This document shows, piece by piece, positions 63,268 to 64,000 of a stretch of 64,000 bases of DNA (its first letter is position 1; each line of letters opens with the position of its first letter). Source of the DNA: a virus (lineage: Duplodnaviria; Caudoviricetes); IMG/VR virus record IMGVR_UViG_3300012953_000012, positions 141,565 to 205,564 of that record, one strand, 5' to 3'. The translations under genes and the position numbers were made by a program. A model generated the notes under the pieces. That model saw only the letters and a list, made by a program, of their open reading frames with translations. It made no database searches and had not been told where the DNA came from.

Positions 63268-64000
63268 GCATCAACCTTGTCTGGCGCACAGACGTACACC
63301 TGTCCGACCGCGCACCCTCGTCCCGCACGGACGACTGGGCCGACGCCGTGTTCGACAAACTCGGGCAGGTCCGTGACCTCGCCCGTGAGGTCAACGCCAC
63401 CGCCATCATCGACGGTGGTGACTACTTCCACATCAAGTCGCCCGGTCGGAACAGCCACGCACTCGTCAACCGGACGGCAGAGCATCACAGCACCTACCCA
63501 TGCCCGGTCTACTGCACCCCCGGCAACCACGACGCGGTGTACGGCGACTACTCCTTCCTGCCTCAGCAGCCGTTGGGCGTCCTGTTCAGCACGGGCGTGT
63601 TCAAGCGGCTCTACGACGAGCACGAAGCCGTGTTCACCCAGGACGGGATCACCGTCCGTGTGGTCGGCATCCCGTACCACGGCACGTCCTACGACATGGA
63701 GCGGTTCACAAGCATTGAGAAGGGCGACGAGGACGTCCTGATCTGCGTGGCCCATGTGCTCGCCAGCCACAAGGGCGGCACCATGTTTGAGGGCGAAGAC
63801 ATCGTCAAGTACGCCGACCTGGTGGACACCGCGCCCGATGTGTACCTGTTCGGCCACTGGCACAAGGACCAGGGCGTCGAGGAGATCGGCGGCAAGCAGT
63901 TCGTGAACATCGGCAGCCTGACCCGTGGATCACTTTCACAGGACAACCTGGACCGGATCCCCTCTGCGGCGGTGCTCCGCTGCACCGAGCAAGGGGTCGA
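63264..64000 (+). CDS. sbcD: SbcD/Mre11 metallophosphoesterase nuclease, 3'-truncated
   Basis: My translation: TDVH, GGDYFH, PGNHD, AH, FGHWH, NIGSL. No stop in the window, so it is absent from the ORF track. Confidence 0.88.
   Translation, partial: MSINLVWRTDVHLSDRAPSSRTDDWADAVFDKLGQVRDLAREVNATAIIDGGDYFHIKSPGRNSHALVNRTAEHHSTYPCPVYCTPGNHDAVYGDYSFLPQQPLGVLFSTGVFKRLYDEHEAVFTQDGITVRVVGIPYHGTSYDMERFTSIEKGDEDVLICVAHVLASHKGGTMFEGEDIVKYADLVDTAPDVYLFGHWHKDQGVEEIGGKQFVNIGSLTRGSLSQDNLDRIPSAAVLRCTEQGV

Noticed and set aside
1-64000. Stop-codon reassignment as in some jumbo phages
   Set aside because: TAG, TGA and TAA all terminate well-defined genes, and coding density is high under the standard code.

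Overview
This window is part of a large, GC-rich lytic dsDNA bacteriophage (jumbo-phage-like) genome. I saw no integrase, rRNA, tRNA or CRISPR array, and the genetic code is standard. The host cannot be assigned from the sequence. The window has: (i) replication/recombination/nucleotide genes (RecD2-like helicase, RecA, RuvC-like resolvase, SbcD and an N-terminal-half SbcC, clamp-loader delta/delta-prime-like subunits, class II RNR NrdJ, thymidine kinase, topoisomerase IB, DNA methyltransferases); (ii) scattered late/virion genes; (iii) an ~11.5 kb divergently transcribed early-type island (about 18.6-29.7 kb) of small genes plus a MoxR/CobS-type AAA+ ATPase and a vWA partner. Reading the intergenic DNA shows three fixed-spacing motif classes that sort with gene function and are inferred to be promoters: early CGTTAA-N16-CGTAA (9 copies), middle GGGGG-N18-(G/C)GGTA (6 copies) and late CG(G/T)TAG-N5-CTAT (about 14 copies). 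Two ECF-like sigma-factor genes sit back to back at 46.5-50.3 kb. The strongest novel candidate: one sigma-like domain sits inside a 756-aa protein expressed from the late motif. That protein carries a repeated peptide tag (LIRLAxxLPVGSxERRxILA, plus K/R-x-A sites) shared with other late proteins, which suggests a virion-packaged, protease-matured sigma factor that starts early transcription. Other notable items: a DNA methyltransferase family split into separately encoded catalytic, SAM-binding and insert modules; three early genes that appear to start at AUC; a covarying 5'UTR hairpin; a heme-c lipoprotein; a SET-domain protein. All family calls come from motif recognition by eye and need HMM or structure confirmation.
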